Positions 9,601-11,246 of a stretch of DNA of 11,246 nt are shown here, in pieces. The notes below the pieces were generated by a model, which saw only the letters and a program-made list of their open reading frames with translations, was not told the origin of the DNA and did not search any database. The translations under genes were made by a program, and so were the position numbers. Source of the DNA: Azolla caroliniana. Lineage: Eukaryota > Plantae > Polypodiophyta. The stretch is from the NCBI GenBank assembly GCA_043228905.1, contig JBHGNT010001176.1, positions 1 through 11,246 of the forward strand, read 5' to 3'. Each line of letters opens with the position of its first letter. Positions within the stretch are counted from its first letter, which is position 1.

Positions 9601-10541
9601 TGAATTTGCTGTACAGCTTTTTTTCTTGCATTTCATATAAGAATCATGTGATCCTACTACTCCAAAGGCATTGGGTCCTAGTGTGATAGGATCAACAAGG
9701 AAAGTGTACATAATCAAATGAGTGGTTGTATCTCTACATACAAAAAAGGGACTGTAGGGAAGGAAATCTACAGTCTGTAAAATCCTAGTTTTAGTGGTTT
9801 CTTCCAAGTCGTTTTATTTATTCACAAGACTACTCCATGTGCCTAAATTCACTGAGAGGCTTTTTGTATATCTGTCAATTCACATCCAATGAATGTTTTT
9901 TTTTGATGGAATCTGTCAAAGGACTTTTTTCCAGGTCTCCCTAAATGCATAGCAACGAAGATGCAACACATTGAGTTGGCTATTGGCCTATATTAGTGGT
10001 AAACAGAAATTAAGTTTGTAAAGGTGTTGAGTTCGCTATCATCCAAGTATTGCTGGTAAAAATATCTTTCCCTTCTTTTTGTAGGAACACAAACATGATA
10101 GTAAGGTATTGAGTCGATGTTTTGTCATTACCCACTAATATAGGCAGTGTGAATTGCGATGTTCTGATTGATAACTTTAATTTTCATCATTGTAGGCTCA
10201 ACAACCAAGAGGCTCTCACCCTCACCCAGCTTATGTATGTTGTGATTTTTGAAGGTTTCTGAAAGGACATTGAATATATCGTTTCAAAAAGCATGGTTAT
10301 GCCCACTTGTAAGACTTGAGCCACACGAATGAGTGTATATCATGAATTTTGAAGGTTTTCAAAAGACAATGAAATTGAGAATATAAGCCTCATTGAAAGA
10401 TGTACATGCTATGAGCTTGTTAAATGTATGCAGGACTCTTTGAAGGAGACTTTAGAAGTTGGTGTATGCATGCGTCCCCTTAATATTAGAGTAACTGATA
10501 GACAATTCCATCATCAATGTGAGATCATGACACATCCAAGG

Positions 10542-11142
10542 CAAGGTTGTTAGGTACGTTAGATACAGTACGGATACCATATGTATATAACGTATTAATA
10601 CTCGTATAGTACCTCCCAATTTAAAAATATGTTAAATACGTTTTCTAAAATATGTGTATTTTATGTTACGTTAAATACTTTTAGAATTTGAAAATTATTT
10701 ACCTTTGTAAAAAATATCTGTAATATTATAAAAAATATCTATGTTTACACAAATTTGTGATGCACAATATAGTTCTACATCCTAAAATGCATATAAGACA
10801 TTCAAACATTTCACATCCTAAAATACTTGTAATCATAGTATGAACCATACGTACCATACGTGCATTCGCATTCACGAATGTTTCAATCATTTGAGTATTG
10901 TAAACACCCTCAAAGAATGATAAATACCATACTTTTGGATTTACTATTTATTATGAGGTAACTAAACCTAAAAAAAAGAAGGAAGAAAAACTAAAAAAAT
11001 GGGAAAAAATGGGAAAAAAACAAAAGAAAAACACAAGAATGTTTGAATAACATTTGAATTCGTTTTCCAACATACAACATAGTAAAACGAATGTTATGCT
11101 AGACGAACACAAAATTTACGTATTATGCTTGTAATAATATGG
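10542..11142. mobile_element. possible degenerate DNA-transposon/MITE relic (boundaries approximate)
   Basis: Abrupt enrichment of TACG/CGTA and ATTCG/CGAAT motifs, short local duplications and A-tracts. The termini are only weakly inverted and there is no clear TSD. Confidence 0.35.
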
Positions 11143-11246
11143 ATGTTGACATTCACTTATTCTATAAATTAGTGTAAGTGTGTATCACGATGTTTTATTT
11201 CAAATTTTAATTATGTACGATTATGCCTTCATAGATTGAGGAATCA

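Noticed and set aside
2726-9807. Minus-strand ORFs (2726-2911, 2917-3144, 4392-4583, 4889-5110, 5286-5495, 5591-5788, 8425-8715, 8827-9072, 9532-9807)
   Set aside because: Short antisense shadows of the HAC exons with no protein-like motifs.
1-11246. A novel multi-gene or prokaryotic-type system
   Set aside because: All coding potential is explained by one intron-containing gene of a well-known family.

Overview
AT-rich eukaryotic (land-plant) genomic DNA. It holds one complete, apparently intact + strand gene for a p300/CBP-family histone acetyltransferase (plant HAC1/HAC12/HAC5 type). I assembled 15 coding exons by hand: join(1002..1156,1274..1367,1446..1899,2776..4472,4552..4842,4944..5219,5305..5430,5597..5797,7210..7352,7436..7748,7856..7998,8217..8295,8379..8762,8906..9123,9489..9600). 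All introns are GT-AG and phase-consistent; the CDS is 4686 nt (1561 aa). Domain order: KIX-like, Q/S-rich, TAZ1, NLS, 3x32-aa repeat, Cys-rich RING-like/PHD, KAT11 HAT core with an embedded ZZ, second ZZ, TAZ2, C-terminal helix. There is no bromodomain. I found no new multi-gene system. The most notable items are a 96-bp in-frame tandem triplication in exon 4, a decayed hAT-like MITE upstream, a strong hairpin in intron 8, candidate extra 3' exons, and a probable transposon relic downstream.
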